A stretch of 64,000 bases of DNA from Toensbergia leucococca (lineage: Eukaryota), in contig JALDZS010000133.1 of the NCBI GenBank assembly GCA_022813965.1, positions 1 through 64,000 of the forward strand, in the 5' to 3' direction. The position numbers were made by a program, and so were the translations under genes. The notes beneath the pieces were generated by a model, which worked only from the letters and a program-made list of their open reading frames with translations, ran no database searches and was not told the DNA's origin. How positions within the stretch are numbered: position 1 is the stretch's first letter; each line of letters begins with the position of its first letter. This document shows positions 10,464 to 23,484 of the stretch, piece by piece.

Positions 10464-13033
10464 CTACAATGGGCTAAATCCTTTTACTCCATAAGCGGAC
10501 GAGCGCAACAAGTGTCTATTCATTGCATCTAATGTAATGAGTACCGAGGAAGGTGCAAATCGTTGCATCTCTCTACGCCTGGCCATGAAGCTCCTCTGCC
10601 ATGTCCGTTGAAAGCTGCACAGGCTCTGGAACGCCATTTCCCCCGAGCTCAGTACTTGCTTTCGCCTTAAGCTTATCCTCCTCGTCCTTTTCCTGTTGCA
10701 CGAGCTGTATACGCCGTTAGCCTCAATATGTCTGTTGTGCTTTGACTACGAACCCGCTGATATAACCCCACTCTCTCTTTCCGAGACGAGTTACCCCGAC
10801 CTCCTCTTACCATCTCAGAATGCCGTGACCTGACACTACCCCTCTTTGGTAATTCATGTAGAAACCTACAAGCCTTCCCTTTCTTGCACCTTCCATTACG
10901 TAAAAAATCTTTGCAGATAGTTCTTGCCTTCTCTCGTTTTGGAGGCGGTACTCTCTCGGGACCGCGGCGAGTAGAAGGTGCTTCGTCAGGTCCATCTCCT
11001 GAGGTAGATGATCCGCTCGACGAAGTAGCATCCTTGTCGTCAGATGATGATGAAATATCCGACGAAGACGTTGACATTGAGATACTAGATTGATAATCAG
11101 GTTTCTCGTTGTTGGGAATTGCTGAAACATCTAGAGCAATCATGGGGACCTTTTCGATGGGGATATCAGATATGCCGGCCGACTGTTGATTGAGCACCGA
11201 CGCCTCAACTTCAGGCAATGAAGGTTGCGAGGTTGGTGTGAGAGGGTCGGGCACCGTATTAGAGGCTTCAGAGGCCTCGACCTTTATAGCTCTACTGGCG
11301 TTACCTTTTGGGCTTTCTTCACCAGTCACGATTTTGAAAGGCTCTGTTGTTTCATCGTCAAACGAAGTTGCTTCGTCAGTCTTTGCGGGGGTCACCACTT
11401 CAATCTTCACCCAGTCACCGACATCTGTTTCCGAACTTACCGTCCGCTTTCTTTTTCTATCTAAAGTAGAGGGTTGCAACGACAATTTGTCGCGGCTCGC
11501 AGAACTTGCTTCGTTTTTGATTCTTGCTGCTTGGGCTTCGGCCCTTGCAATGCGCTTCTCCTCTTTTCTGAGCTGCTTCCGGAGCTTTTCGGCTTTGAGC
11601 TTTGCTTTCGCGGCAGCATCGTTTGGGTCGATATTGGCCTCCTTGGGCTTTTTCTTGTGTTGCTGTTCTTTGAGATCCTTACGAGCTTGATTAGAGGCTC
11701 TTTGGGCCTCTTGTAGCTGCCTCTTACGTTCCGCGATTTCTCCCGCACGTGCCTTTGTTGGAAAACGCTTCTTACGTTCTTCAATCCACGCTGCAATGTC
11801 TGACGATGATTGCAAAGTGGCTGTGCGCCCATTGTAAGTGAATTGTAGCCTACAGGTTTAAGTCAACAATGTTCCAACGACTGCAAGGAAGTAATCTTAC
11901 TGCTCATCCGTTGCGCCATTAACACCAGCGGCAGCCGCAAGCTTTGCTTCTTCATCGACGTCCTCTTCTTCCTCACTAGACTCATGCTCCTCGGTCTTGG
12001 GCGTGAGCCCTAGTTGATTGTGACGGCGCTTTTTCTTCCTAGGTTTCCTCCCGCTCTCTTGGGCTGTTATTGATCTCCCGGGAAGAGGACTACCGAAGCT
12101 AGGCACAGCGGGAGCTATCTGAGACTTCGAATTTGGGTTCCGTGATCTCCCGTGCGTATCTGAATGTCCTCGTCTATTGCCGCGACTGTGGTGGTTGGGA
12201 AAGGCGTTAGGAGAATTACGATGGTGGGAGCGGGAATAGCTGGGAGAATCCTGTCTTCGTGGCTCTCTGCTGTCAAAATAAGGTCCGTTCTGGTAATGAC
12301 TTGAGCTTGCTGGAGCTCTTTCTTGATAATGCTTGTCGGGATATTGCTTGGCTGGTGCTTGTGTTTGCCGGTAGACTTCTGGACGCTCATCACTAAAGCC
12401 CATACGTATTGGAGGTCCCATTACTACTGGCTGGTTTTGGTTTCTATCTGGTCTCGGCTGCGAGTGAAGTGGATGCTGTCTATCGTAGTATGAGTTTCCA
12501 ACATTCTGGGACTGTGGATTGAATGGATAGAGTGTATGATGCTGTGGAGCAGCGTAATTTGGCGTGGGCGCATGTCCATTCATAAGCCACCCTTGTTGTG
12601 GAGGTCTTGGGTCGAGATTGGTCGTAGGATATGTTGAAGACGAAAAGGCATACCCGTCTTGTCGATACGCAGGATAATGAGGCTGCTGAATAGGTGGGTA
12701 ATCGGGCAAAGGATAGCTGCTTCTTGCATGACTTTCCGTTTGGGAGACATAGCCAGTGTTTGGCGGTGAAGAATGTCCTCCATATTTCGATGGGTAGCCA
12801 CCGTAACCTGACGCACCTTCAAAATTTCTATTGTCTCCCCCGGCCGAGCTTCTGTAGTTATCCCCTCGTCCTCGTCCTCTTCCGCGAAAGCCACCGTCTC
12901 CTCGGTTTCCTCGGCCACGATAGCTGTTGTTCCTCGCATGTGTGGGCTGAGAGTAATTCGCAAAGCTTGGGGAAGCCTGAGGTGGAAGGGGAGGAGGAGG
13001 AGGAGGAGGAGGAAAGACGACGTGATTGCTCAT
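10464..13033 (-). CDS. NUFIP1/Rsa1-domain protein with C-terminal CCCH zinc finger (box C/D snoRNP assembly family); 3' end approximate
   Basis: N-terminal poly-Pro and RG-rich region. KKKRRHNQLGLTP, FTYNGRTATLQSSSDIAAWIEERKKRFPT and CKDFLRNGRCKKGKACRFLH. Two introns inferred. Confidence 0.8.
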
Positions 13034-13384
13034 GACTAGGTGCCTTCCAGTACAAGCAGGCTCTGCTGACTAGTCCATGGAGGGTAAGTGAGGGAATATG
13101 AGCCAGCGTATGCACAATTTGAAGATATTGTCAAAATCGAGTCGACGCGATACCTCCTTCGTCCCTGCTTCAGGCCTTAAGGAGTGTCCATATCTTCCTT
13201 GCATGTATTCCGTATGAATACTCCGTAATTTGTACTAGACTCACACGGTGACGGGTTTACTATGCCCCGATGATGAACCCTTGGATAGCACGTGGATAGG
13301 TAGGTATTCTACGGAGTACTCGTACGGTGGACGTAGACAGGGATCACACAAACACTCAAGACTCTTTCATCCTAAATCATCCCG

Positions 13385-14395
13385 ATGTTCATTCTAGTAA
13401 GTCACGTTAAGATACCACCGTATATGCCAGACTCCTGACCCAAACGCCCAACAGACCACCGTTTCTGATCTCGTACAAATTTCCCCTCAGGACTTCCAGA
13501 AACCCAGCGCCCAAGGCATTGAAGACAATCTTAATGCTAAATATGCTAACAAGGTAATTATCCCGGGCTCGACAAATAAACACCGGACCAGCTTGACAAG
13601 GACTGCAGGTAATACAAAAGATTGGTCTTTGTATCTGTGTGTATGATCTTCTCAAAGCATCTGATGGTCTCATTGGTCATGGCACTGGCATAGTCAACAT
13701 CAATGGTAATTGGAAACTCCTGGATGCTTCGCACATCTGTTCTGAAAATGTGTAGTAGAATTTCGCCTGATTGTCTTTCGACCCTTCAAGGGAGAGATCA
13801 TTATTGGCAGGATTAGCAGCGCCTCTGAATATGGCATGAAGAGTGAGGATGCAGGCTTCGTCATCGCCCAACGTAGAACTAAATCGCCGATATAGTAGGC
13901 CTTGATTTCTTCGACGACATCTCTGTCCCTCCTAATCTCATGTTTCCCGGCAGCTTCTTGTAGGTCCATCGTGCTCTTTTCTCATACCATAGTCTCGTTT
14001 TTAAATCACTTTTTTTTTGATTTTATTGCTCGAAATTCCGCGTCTTGGCCATACGTTGACAAAAGGCATGGCTTCAAATTTTCGTCTCTTATAGATGACC
14101 AGACTGACACTTGCTCGCTTTCAGCAACGTGCAAGAGCAATGCTGGGTATGGCCCAATGAAGGTCACGAGTATTTCTATGACAAGACCGAGTGGGTCCGC
14201 ATTCGGATAGAGCAAGAGCATTGGAATGATCAATCCCCTGTGGCTCCTATAGAGCGAGAGACTGTCCCTACGACTGAGCGCAGAACTCCTTACAGCATTA
14301 CTGTAGGCAATCGGGGGTCGCATAATTGATTTTAAACTGACCATAAGCAGGCGTCCATGATGCAGTCAGCGCTTGGGCCAACGGCGTGGTGGTAG
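13385..14395 (+). CDS. RPC25: RNA polymerase III subunit Rpc25 (RPC8), 7 exons
   Basis: Spliced reading MFIL|TTVSDLVQISPQDF...NAKYANK|VIQKIGLCICVYDLL...|EFRLIVFRPFKGEII...|...ASMMQSALGPTAWW*. Confidence 0.92.
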
Positions 14396-14694
14396 TGCCA
14401 GGAGCAAGCCTGCTTCTAAGAAGATAGCGACTATCATTGTTGGTCCTCACGGAGGTGGAGTCAGGTGTTGAGAGGCTCGCCTGTCCACAATATTTGAAGA
14501 TCCACACAGAGAAAATCCTGAGCAAAAGTTATGAAATCTATTCATGCTACCGTGATCGAATATGAATGAGATTCTCGTCATGTCCAAACATTCTAGCCAC
14601 TAGCTCTATCATATGTTTGATTGAAGGTGGATTGTCAGACTGAGTGACTGCATGTACTGAGCTGTCCTCATCAACCAATGATAGACTTTCTCTA

Positions 14695-15308
14695 CAGAGC
14701 TCCTGCGAAGATCTTCACGACATCATTGCACCACTTTGAGTATCCAAACTTGAAACCAGATGCAAGAGCTCACCACTGCGTGTGCTTTTCTTTACGAATA
14801 TCAAGGTAAGCAAACATCAGGATGGTCACAATCACACACTCAATTGATTCTTTTTGTTCACAAGTCCAGTGCAGACATTGATAGCCTGTATCTATCTTCT
14901 TGGCAGACTTCCACAGCAGCATTGAACAGCTTCTTCTTTTCAATGCCTGTCGTAGAAAATGTAGGTCGCTTGGATTTGCGAAGCAATCAGTCGATAACAA
15001 GCAAGTGAGGAAGGCTTTTCGCTCATCAAACAAGGGATCACATTGCTGTCATACTTTGTTCTTGTTTTTCATGGTGACCTGCTGACTATTCTTAGCCTCC
15101 ACCTCCTCCAGCAAGATGGCACTCCCTGAAGGGTGATTGTGTTGTGGAAGCTGGCTCTGAAAGCAGTACTGAAGTATTGTCACAGAAGGATGATGCAGTA
15201 AACTGGGCACTGGCAATCCTTCTCATGTCCTCCCTGATTCTATGCGCAAGTCTGCCCCTGAATGCGTTGGCCTTGCAGACCGGCCTATTCAGAAGATTTT
15301 GCAGATGA
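14695..15308 (+). pseudogene. Possible decayed or orphan spliced gene
   Basis: Phase-0 introns 14806-14884 and 15005-15095 join open exons that end in a hydrophobic tail. One in-frame TGA at 14737-14739. CpG-poor. Confidence 0.35.
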
Positions 15309-15541
15309 GCCTTGACTTCTAAAGGAGGTCTTATGCAATTGAAGTATATTTGGGTTTTCATCAAGAGGTTTTTCGGATGAAGATGTTGATTACGATGCTT
15401 TGATAAAACCCGAAAAGCAGTACCGTACTCCTATTCGTAGTTTGTAGAGGTTTGTGCTTAGCTTATCCTTGCTCGCTCATCTCGCAAGATTCAACCTTCT
15501 CCGTACTACGAGTCGTCTCCACAGACCTGATCTCATACAAA

Positions 15542-17006
15542 ATGTCCCAAGCCTTTACTTTCAACTTTGACAGTGACGACATAGAAGATGATGCTGCCGG
15601 TGATGAAAGCCAGAAGTCCATCGATGGGGAACCTTTGGTGGCCGAGAAAGAGGCAGCCTCCCTACTTCACCCACGACTAATCTCCCTCGAGGACCTGGTA
15701 AGACACACTCTCTGAATCCTATCTCATTGTTGTCAATACGATATGAAAGGTCCAAAAGCGCAAAAAGCTCCTACTGTCGAGTTCTATCTATAATGCCAAC
15801 CGTTAATATCGCAGCTTTTCCTTCAAAGTCGTCTATTCGTCTTGTCGAATTTCCGTTCTCGCGTATCCTTTCCGAAAGCATTTTGATACAGATGTTGAGA
15901 AGAGTTCTCGGTGTTTCTCTTTCGTTCAAGAATACTTTGCACCTTCAAAACAGTCTTTGCAATCCCATCATTTCTCCTAAACTACAAAGCCATAAAACCC
16001 TTTCAATTGACCCAATTCCCGCCGCCCCACCAATCTCACTAAAGCCCTCCGCGCACAGTAGCTCGCAACTCTACCCTCAAAAATCTCCTACAGCACCCAC
16101 CCCCTCACTGCCACAGCCACCAATCCCATTCCCCGCCGCGACCTCTTCGACATCCGCCTTCAACTAATGGCCGAAGATAGCATTACAAGCGCAGAGCACC
16201 CCCTCCTCGACGGCCTCACTACAGACGACATCAATCCTAGCATCTACGAAGGCGGCTTCAAGACCTGGGAATGCTCACTCGATCTCGCGCGATACCTCAC
16301 CCGAAAGCTCGAGGGAAACCCTGTACCGACCCCAAAGCATCTACATATCATCGAGGTGTGTCATCGAAGCCTCGCACTAAACCCCCAAAACTAAACGTAC
16401 CTCCTCCAGCTCGGCGCCGGAACCGCCCTCCCAACGTCCACCCTCCTGTCCCACCTCCTCACCAACCCCCTTACTTCAACCACCATGACCCTAACAGACT
16501 ACAACTCCCCAGTTCTCCATCTCTCCACCCTTCCCAATATCCTCCTAACCTGGGCCTCTCACAAGAATCTCCTCCTCACCCTCCCGACCGGCGACCTCCC
16601 CCTCCCCGCTTCCCTCCTCTCAACATTCGCCCATGATCTTGCATCCCAAAACATCCGCATCGCTGCCATCGCCGGTGCATGGTCTCCCGCCTTTGTGGAC
16701 TTGATCCCAGCGCCCGATGTAACGGAGACATTGGTGCTAGCTTCAGAAACAATTTACGAACCCCGTACCCTGAAGTCCTTTACCTCTACTCTTTTGGCCG
16801 TTCTAGCTGCTTCCCAGAGCAGAAGCGTGCCATTTTCTAGGTCACGAGCGCTGATAGCGGCGAAGAAGATGTACTTTGGAGTGGGCGGGGGCGTGGATCA
16901 GTTTTTGGAGGTGTTGAGGGAAATGGGAGGGAGGGGGAAGGTAGTATGGGAGGAGGACGGGGAGGGGATCGGGAGGTGTATTTTGGAGGTTGAGGGGGGT
17001 GCGTGA
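15542..17006 (+). CDS. HPM1: Histidine protein methyltransferase Hpm1/METTL18 family (3 exons)
   Basis: MSQAFTFNFDSDDIE, RRDLFDIRLQLMAED, IYEGGFKTWECSLDLA, IIE|LGAGTALP, LASETIY, AAKKMYFGVGGGV. Confidence 0.9.
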
Positions 17007-17537
17007 TTGTGAGCAGTACTTTGAAAAGGGCTGAAAGGTACGGCGGAGCTGTTCTGGCCAGCTCACCAAGTGTCCACCCTGGCCAATGGGATTATCCCCA
17101 TGCGAAACCTTACCTGTCGCTCCTCTGAAACGTACCATTTGTTTTCGCCAGAATACGAAATGCTTGATCATGTCAATTTAGCTCGAACCTGGCACTCGAA
17201 GATTTAGATTCTAGGTAGGTTTCAGCTTAGTGTTGGTGAATGGGTCGACCGGTTGGCAGCAATACCTTGTTTAGTGCCGTTCTATATGATGTCCTCGCTA
17301 TATCCTTGAGATTTTGGAGATAGTTACGACTGCCGGAAGCAACGTCAGTGATATTTGGCAGCCCAAGGCCAGCCTTGAAATGGTATTCATCGAAGGCTCT
17401 GGACCCTTGAAGCTGGAATGATGTCTCTCTGCATTTGTGAAGAAATAGCTTCACCCAATGCCGTTCTGTCTATACCAAGAACGACACTCGTCGTATACAT
17501 GACTGGCCCATACCCTCCAAATCCCAGCACGCCCATC

Positions 17538-18315
17538 CTATAGCCCGTTCGCAGAGTTACCATTGGCTTTCCCATTTACTACCGCTCCATTCCCCTGGGT
17601 CTTTGACCGATTGAACTTCTCAATTTCCTTCACAACACTCCTATCCAGACGCCCCTTCAACTCAGGACGATAGCCGAGATAGAAGAGAATCTCCATCCAG
17701 ACGAAGAAAGGGGCTAGAAACAAGGCTTGTACGAGATTGTCGAGGAGAGCGGGAGCTCGACCCTCGAATATGCCGTGCCCGGCGAATTGGGCCACCCAGC
17801 ATACGACGTGTAAGCCTATAGCCCAATTGGTTGCTGTTGAACCGTAGGTACTTGTGAGGTGGTTGGAATAGGCCGTGGCTCCTAGGAGCAGAGGAGCTAG
17901 TATGCCGCCCGCGACAGGCTCCAGCAGGATGTATAGTGTTGCGTATAGGACTGTAGCTAGAGTGCCCAGGTTGGGTGGGAGGTTCTTGACAATGAGCCAA
18001 TCTGGTAGGGGAATGAGAGATGGAGTGTTCGTCCCCTAAGGTTATTTAGTTTCCCATTTGTAAGAAATTTGAGCGGTGGTACTTACTATTAGAAAGGATG
18101 TGAGTAGGATTAGGGGTACGCAAAGCGTGTGGATTGCAATGTTGATCTGTGGGGAGAGCTAATTAGATGATTGATGGCGTCGGAAATAGAGGTATAGCCT
18201 CACTTGGTTATGGTGGTATGAGCCATACTGTCTGCATGTCAGCACTGTGCTTTTGAAGCTTTGAGGGTCACGGGTGGCTCACGAATAAAAGCTGCTTTTC
18301 GAGATTGAGCGCCAT
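17538..18315 (-). CDS. MPO1: DUF962 / Mpo1-like ER membrane dioxygenase
   Basis: MALNLEKQLLF|YGSYHHNQ|INIAIHTLCVP...WVAQFAGHGIFEGRAPALLDNLVQALFLAPFFVWMEILF. Confidence 0.88.
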
Positions 18316-19057
18316 GATTATAGATGTGATATCGGAGTAGTAGAGTCGGTGGTTGAATCAGTCAAGAAGGATCATGGCAGCGTCGGCGATTATATCTAAT
18401 TTTCCTGGAGTGATAGACTAAAGTACCTAGCTACCTGTCTTTCATTTTGTAGGAAGCCGCAGCTCGCCGTTCGCGCCGCACAGGAAGCAAAAGTTCTGCC
18501 GAGTCCGCGTTCTAGGATATCATATTCTAGTGCTGTAATATACCGGCAGTACGAGTAAATATGAGAACCACTAAACTTAGAATGGCCTTTTGCAGCTCAA
18601 AAAATTCACATCCATTATCCTCACTCCTTGCCTGCAGGCGCGGCCACCGACAACCCTTCGCGCAGCGTCTCTGGACCTCTCCGGCTGAGCGCAAAAGACT
18701 GCTGCTGTCTGCTGTCACTCATTTTCTCTTTCACGGCCTTAGGCCTCAGTACGTTGTCTAGCGCTTCATTGCGTGCGGACTATGCTGATTTCAAGGCCCA
18801 TCTGGAGCTTCCACTCTTTCACCCGCTTTGTCAAAGGTCTTATGTCGCCCTAGAGTCTTGGAGCCTCCTTGTCGAGCTTCAGGAGTACTCGGGCAGAAGG
18901 AGCCTCTAAGTGTACCGCGCTTTGAATAACCTGACAAGTCTGTATTTCGCAGACTATACAGTCTGTGCCACTCCTCAGATCCGAGATACCAGAGCTGGGC
19001 GACTACTGCACTCCTCTACCGTACCCTCAAATTTCAGTACAATTTAAATTACGAAAT

Positions 19058-19721
19058 ATGTTCTTCCTATATGACCTTGAGCGCGTGATCACCCTACATC
19101 CATCCTTCTTCGGGCCCCGTGTTCAGGAATACCTGACCAATCGACTCATGGAAGATGTTGAAGGGTCTTGTACGGGACAGTACTGGATCATATGTGTCAT
19201 GGATAATTTTGAAGTCTCTGAGGGCAAGGTCATCCCTGGGAGTGCAGTAGCAGAGTACACAGTACACTACAAGGCAGTTGTGTGGAGGCCGTTCAAGGGC
19301 GAAACGGTTCGTCTATTCGCGCAAATGAATTGCAGATCTTGCTAAACACTATTCTTAGGTTGATGCTATTGTGACCTCTGTCAATTCAATGGGTGTTTTT
19401 GCTGATGTTGGGCCTCTTCAAGTCTTCGTCTCAAGCCATGTTTGTTTCTACCGTATCAACTTGGTAATGTGCCAAATTACTAATTGAGTCTAGCTCATAC
19501 CTTCTGACATCAAATGGGACCCGAACGCTACTCCGCCTCAGTACACAGATAATGGCGATCAAGTCATCGAGAAAGGTACCCATCTCCGCGTTAAGCTCAT
19601 AGGTACAAGGAGCGATGTCGGAAACATGTTTGCTGTTGGCAGCGTGAAGGAGGACTTTCTTGGGTCACACCACCCCTTTCTGGCTATTTGCATCTTGCTT
19701 ACAAAACCCAGAACTCTCTAA
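19058..19721 (+). CDS. RPB7: RNA polymerase II subunit Rpb7 (4 exons)
   Basis: MFFLYDLERVITLHPSFFGP...VEGSC...VVWRPFKGET|VDAIV...|LIPSDIKWDPNATPPQY...GSVKEDFLG|TL*. Confidence 0.95.
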
Positions 19722-20385
19722 GTCATACCACCAAGACTGTCTATAGCCCATTCGCAAATTGTTTCTTGAGTCACTAGATTGGAAACGACTTGATGTCCAA
19801 CAGATGAACTTAAGCAGTTCGCTATGGAGCTACATGAGTATAGGAAAATAATGATATCAGTCGAGAACAAGACGCATCCATAGGAAGTGGAAGCCCTTGA
19901 AATATTGGGTAGACTTTGACTGTGGTCTTTGTCTTGCTGCGGTGTGAAGGCTTTAGATCATCAAGACAAATATATTCCTTTGAACTCGATACTGTATGGA
20001 AATTATTGTAGAGATCATTGATACATTAGTCGTGCAAAGACTATTGTGCCAGCCAATATATAGGGTTCTATGCATTTAACAAGTCTGTAAAGCGAACGAT
20101 ATACGAATACCGCAACAGGACATCAATAGGACGGTTATGGCATCGTTGCCTCAGGGCTAATAAAGAGACGGCGCTAGTCAGGAGATTAGCAAGCGTCTCA
20201 GGTGTTTATCGCGACACGTAGAACATGATGCTGATGAAACGGACATGCTTTGATTCTAGGCCATATACTTCAAACCTTTACAGCATCTGGCTGTGTATTC
20301 GAGGATTTCATCCCGGGACCTGGAGCCATATGAGTCATTTACCATTACCAGTTCCTGGCCCGAATGAGAACAAAAACCCACGAGC

Positions 20386-23248
20386 ATGGCCATCAATTTA
20401 TATACCGACGATGAAGAATCGAAACCCTTGACCCAAGACTCTCCAAGCCCAGACGAGGCTCGTCTCTCTCTGGGGTCGGCCACTTCTGCCTCCACGACAT
20501 CCATTGTGCTGGACCGCCTGAATGGATCGGGGGCTGCGTATGCCAATGGTCATGCAAAGACACATCCTCGCAAAGGCGAGACTTATGACGAGGAAGATAT
20601 CTTTTACCACTCGCCGGCCGATCGGCCTATGGAGAAGAAAATACGACGGATACTGTGGGGTCTAGGAGGTTTGTGTTTTGGGGGATGGCTACTTTCGCTG
20701 GTACTCTTTTTGTCGCGGCAGCCCATCACGCGTACCTCCAATCTACCTGCAATGCATGACCCAGTTGTGACTGGACCCCAAGGATCGGACAAGACCATTA
20801 CTCTAGACCAAGTGCTGGGATCGCAATGGCGGCCAAAGTCTCACGAGATATCTTGGATTGCAGGCGTGGAAGACGAGGACGGACTATTATTAGAGCGAGC
20901 GGGTGGTTTCAGAAGAGATTATCTTATGGTGGAAGACGTGCGTAGTCGAAAGTCTAACACGGATTCTCTGGAAAGCATGACGCTCATGAAGGACGGAGGC
21001 TTCAAAGTAAACGGGGTTCAAGTGTATCCAAGCCAGGTGTGGCCGAGTCGAGATCTCAAAAAGGTTCTGGTTATGTCTAATCAGCAGAAAAATTGGAGAC
21101 ACTCTTACACCGGAAAGTACTGGATCTTCGATGTTCAGAGCCAGACAGCAGAGGCACTTGACCCGACAGATGCAAATGCGAGGATTCAACTAGCTTCATG
21201 GTCCCCGCAGTCTGATGCGATTGTCTTCACAAGGAATAACAACATGTTCGTCCGCAAGATCTCCACGCCCAGCGTCACGCAAATCACTAAGGATGGCGGC
21301 GCAGAACTCTTCTACGGTGTACCTGACTGGGTCTATGAAGAGGAAATCTTTGGGGGCAATAGTGCCACTTGGTGGTCCGAGGGCGGCAACTTTGTAGCTT
21401 TCCTTCGAACGAACGAGACAACCGTACCCGAGTATCCAATTCAGTACTTTGTCTCGAGACCCAGTGGCGAAAAGCCGGCTCCTGGTGAAGAGAATTACCC
21501 AGAAGTACGGCAGATTAAGTATCCCAAAGCAGGTGCTCCAAATCCTGTAGTCCATTTGCAATTTTATGATGTCTCGAAGAACGAGGTCTTCACAGTTGAC
21601 ACTGGTAGCGATTACCCTGACGATGATCGACTGATTACTGAAGTGGTCTGGGCTGGCAAAGACGGCAAAGTCTTAGTGAGAGAAACAAATAGGGAGAGTG
21701 ATATCCTCAAGGTGGTCTTGATTGATGTCATGCGGCGCACTGGTCAGGTTGTCAGAACTGTCGACGTTACTGCAATTGATGGCGGATGGTTTGAAGTTTC
21801 CGAATACACACGCTTCATTCCAGGAGATCCAGGAAATAATCGCCCTCATGATGGCTACATCGATACCGTTATCCACAATGGGTACGATCATCTTGCTTAC
21901 TTCACCCCATTGAACAATCCAGAGCCCATCTATCTTACTTCGGGCAATTGGGAAGTTGTAAAGGCCCCTTCAGCTGTCGACTTGGCCCACAACCTCGTCT
22001 ACTTTATCGCTACCAAAGAGTCTCCAATACAGAGACATGTCTATAGCGTAACGCTTGATGGAACTGACCTGTCGCCCATAACCAACACTAGCGAAGAAGG
22101 CTATTACGATGTGTCCTTCTCTACGGGCGCTGGGTATGCCCTGCTTTCCTCCAAAGGCCCGGGTATCCCCTGGCAGAGAGTCATCAGCACACCAAGCAAT
22201 CAAGATAAGTTCGAAGATCACATCGAAGACAACCAGGCCCTTGCCAGCTACGCCGCTTCGTATCAGCTGCCAACGGAGATTTATGAGACGGTGACTATTG
22301 ATGGATATAATCTACAGGTCATGGAAATGCGGCCTCCAAATTTCAATGAACACAAGCGTTATCCCGTTTTGTTCCACCTCTATGGTGGCCCAGGCTCGCA
22401 GACTGTTGACAAGAAATTCAACGTTGATTTCCAGACGTATGTTGCGGCCACCCTAGGCTATATCGTTGTTACTGTCGATGGGCGGGGTACAGGTTTCATT
22501 GGTAGAGAAGCAAGATGTATCATCCGAGGGAACCTCGGATACTACGAAGCCAAAGACCAGATCGAGACAGCCAAGATATGGGGAAAGAAGGATTATGTCG
22601 ATGCCGGCAGAATAGCAATTTGGGGCTGGAGTTATGGCGGCTTCATGGCCCTGAAGACATTGGAGCAAGATGGCGGTGAGACATTTCAATACGGCATGGC
22701 AGTCGCCCCTGTCACGGATTGGAGATTCTACGGTAAGCTCAAGCTCAAGCAGATAAAAGAACCCGTGCGCATGAGTCGTTCGATCGTAGACTAACATCGC
22801 ACGTACAGACTCTATCTACACGGAACGCTACATGCACACGCCGCAAAACAACCCAACTGGCTACGCCAACGCCACAATATCCAACATGACCGCCCTAAAC
22901 AACACGGTGCGCTTCCTTCTCATGCACGGCGTCGCCGACGACAACGTGCACATGCAAAACTCGCTTACCCTCCTCGACCGCCTCGACGTGGCCGGCGTCG
23001 AGAACTACGACGTCCACGTGTTTCCAGACTCGGACCATAGTATATACTTTCATAATGCGCAGAGGATGGTGTATGATCGTGAGTATCTTCTAAATTGCCT
23101 GTTTTGCGGTTTTGCGAGTGATACTTTGTGCTGATGGTTTTGTGTAGGGCTTAATAATTGGCTGATCAATGCTTTCAATGGCGAGTGGTTGCGGACCGAG
23201 TATGCCGTGCCGCTGGCCGATGTCGAGGTTTCTTCTAAGAGGATGTGA
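20386..23248 (+). CDS. DAP2: Dipeptidyl aminopeptidase B (S9B, type II membrane protein)
   Basis: N-terminal TM segment. [15 protein letters not shown], catalytic [15 protein letters not shown] and DSDHSI. Two 3' introns. Confidence 0.95.
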
Positions 23249-23484
23249 ATATTGCGTTTGGGTTCTTGCATGAAGAAGGTGTTCAAAAGGGCTCAAGGGT
23301 GGCATAGTCGCAGGGTTTGGGAAACAGGTTGGGTAGGGCTGGGGCATGGTGCATCGAACGGCGAATAGATCTGAGCGTTTTCGTTGTGCTACAATATACC
23401 AATGTGCTCTGTATTGCACAATCTAACATCTCCAGCTCAAAAAGCTGCAATATCCACCAGATATCTTCCAACCTCCGCTATCCA

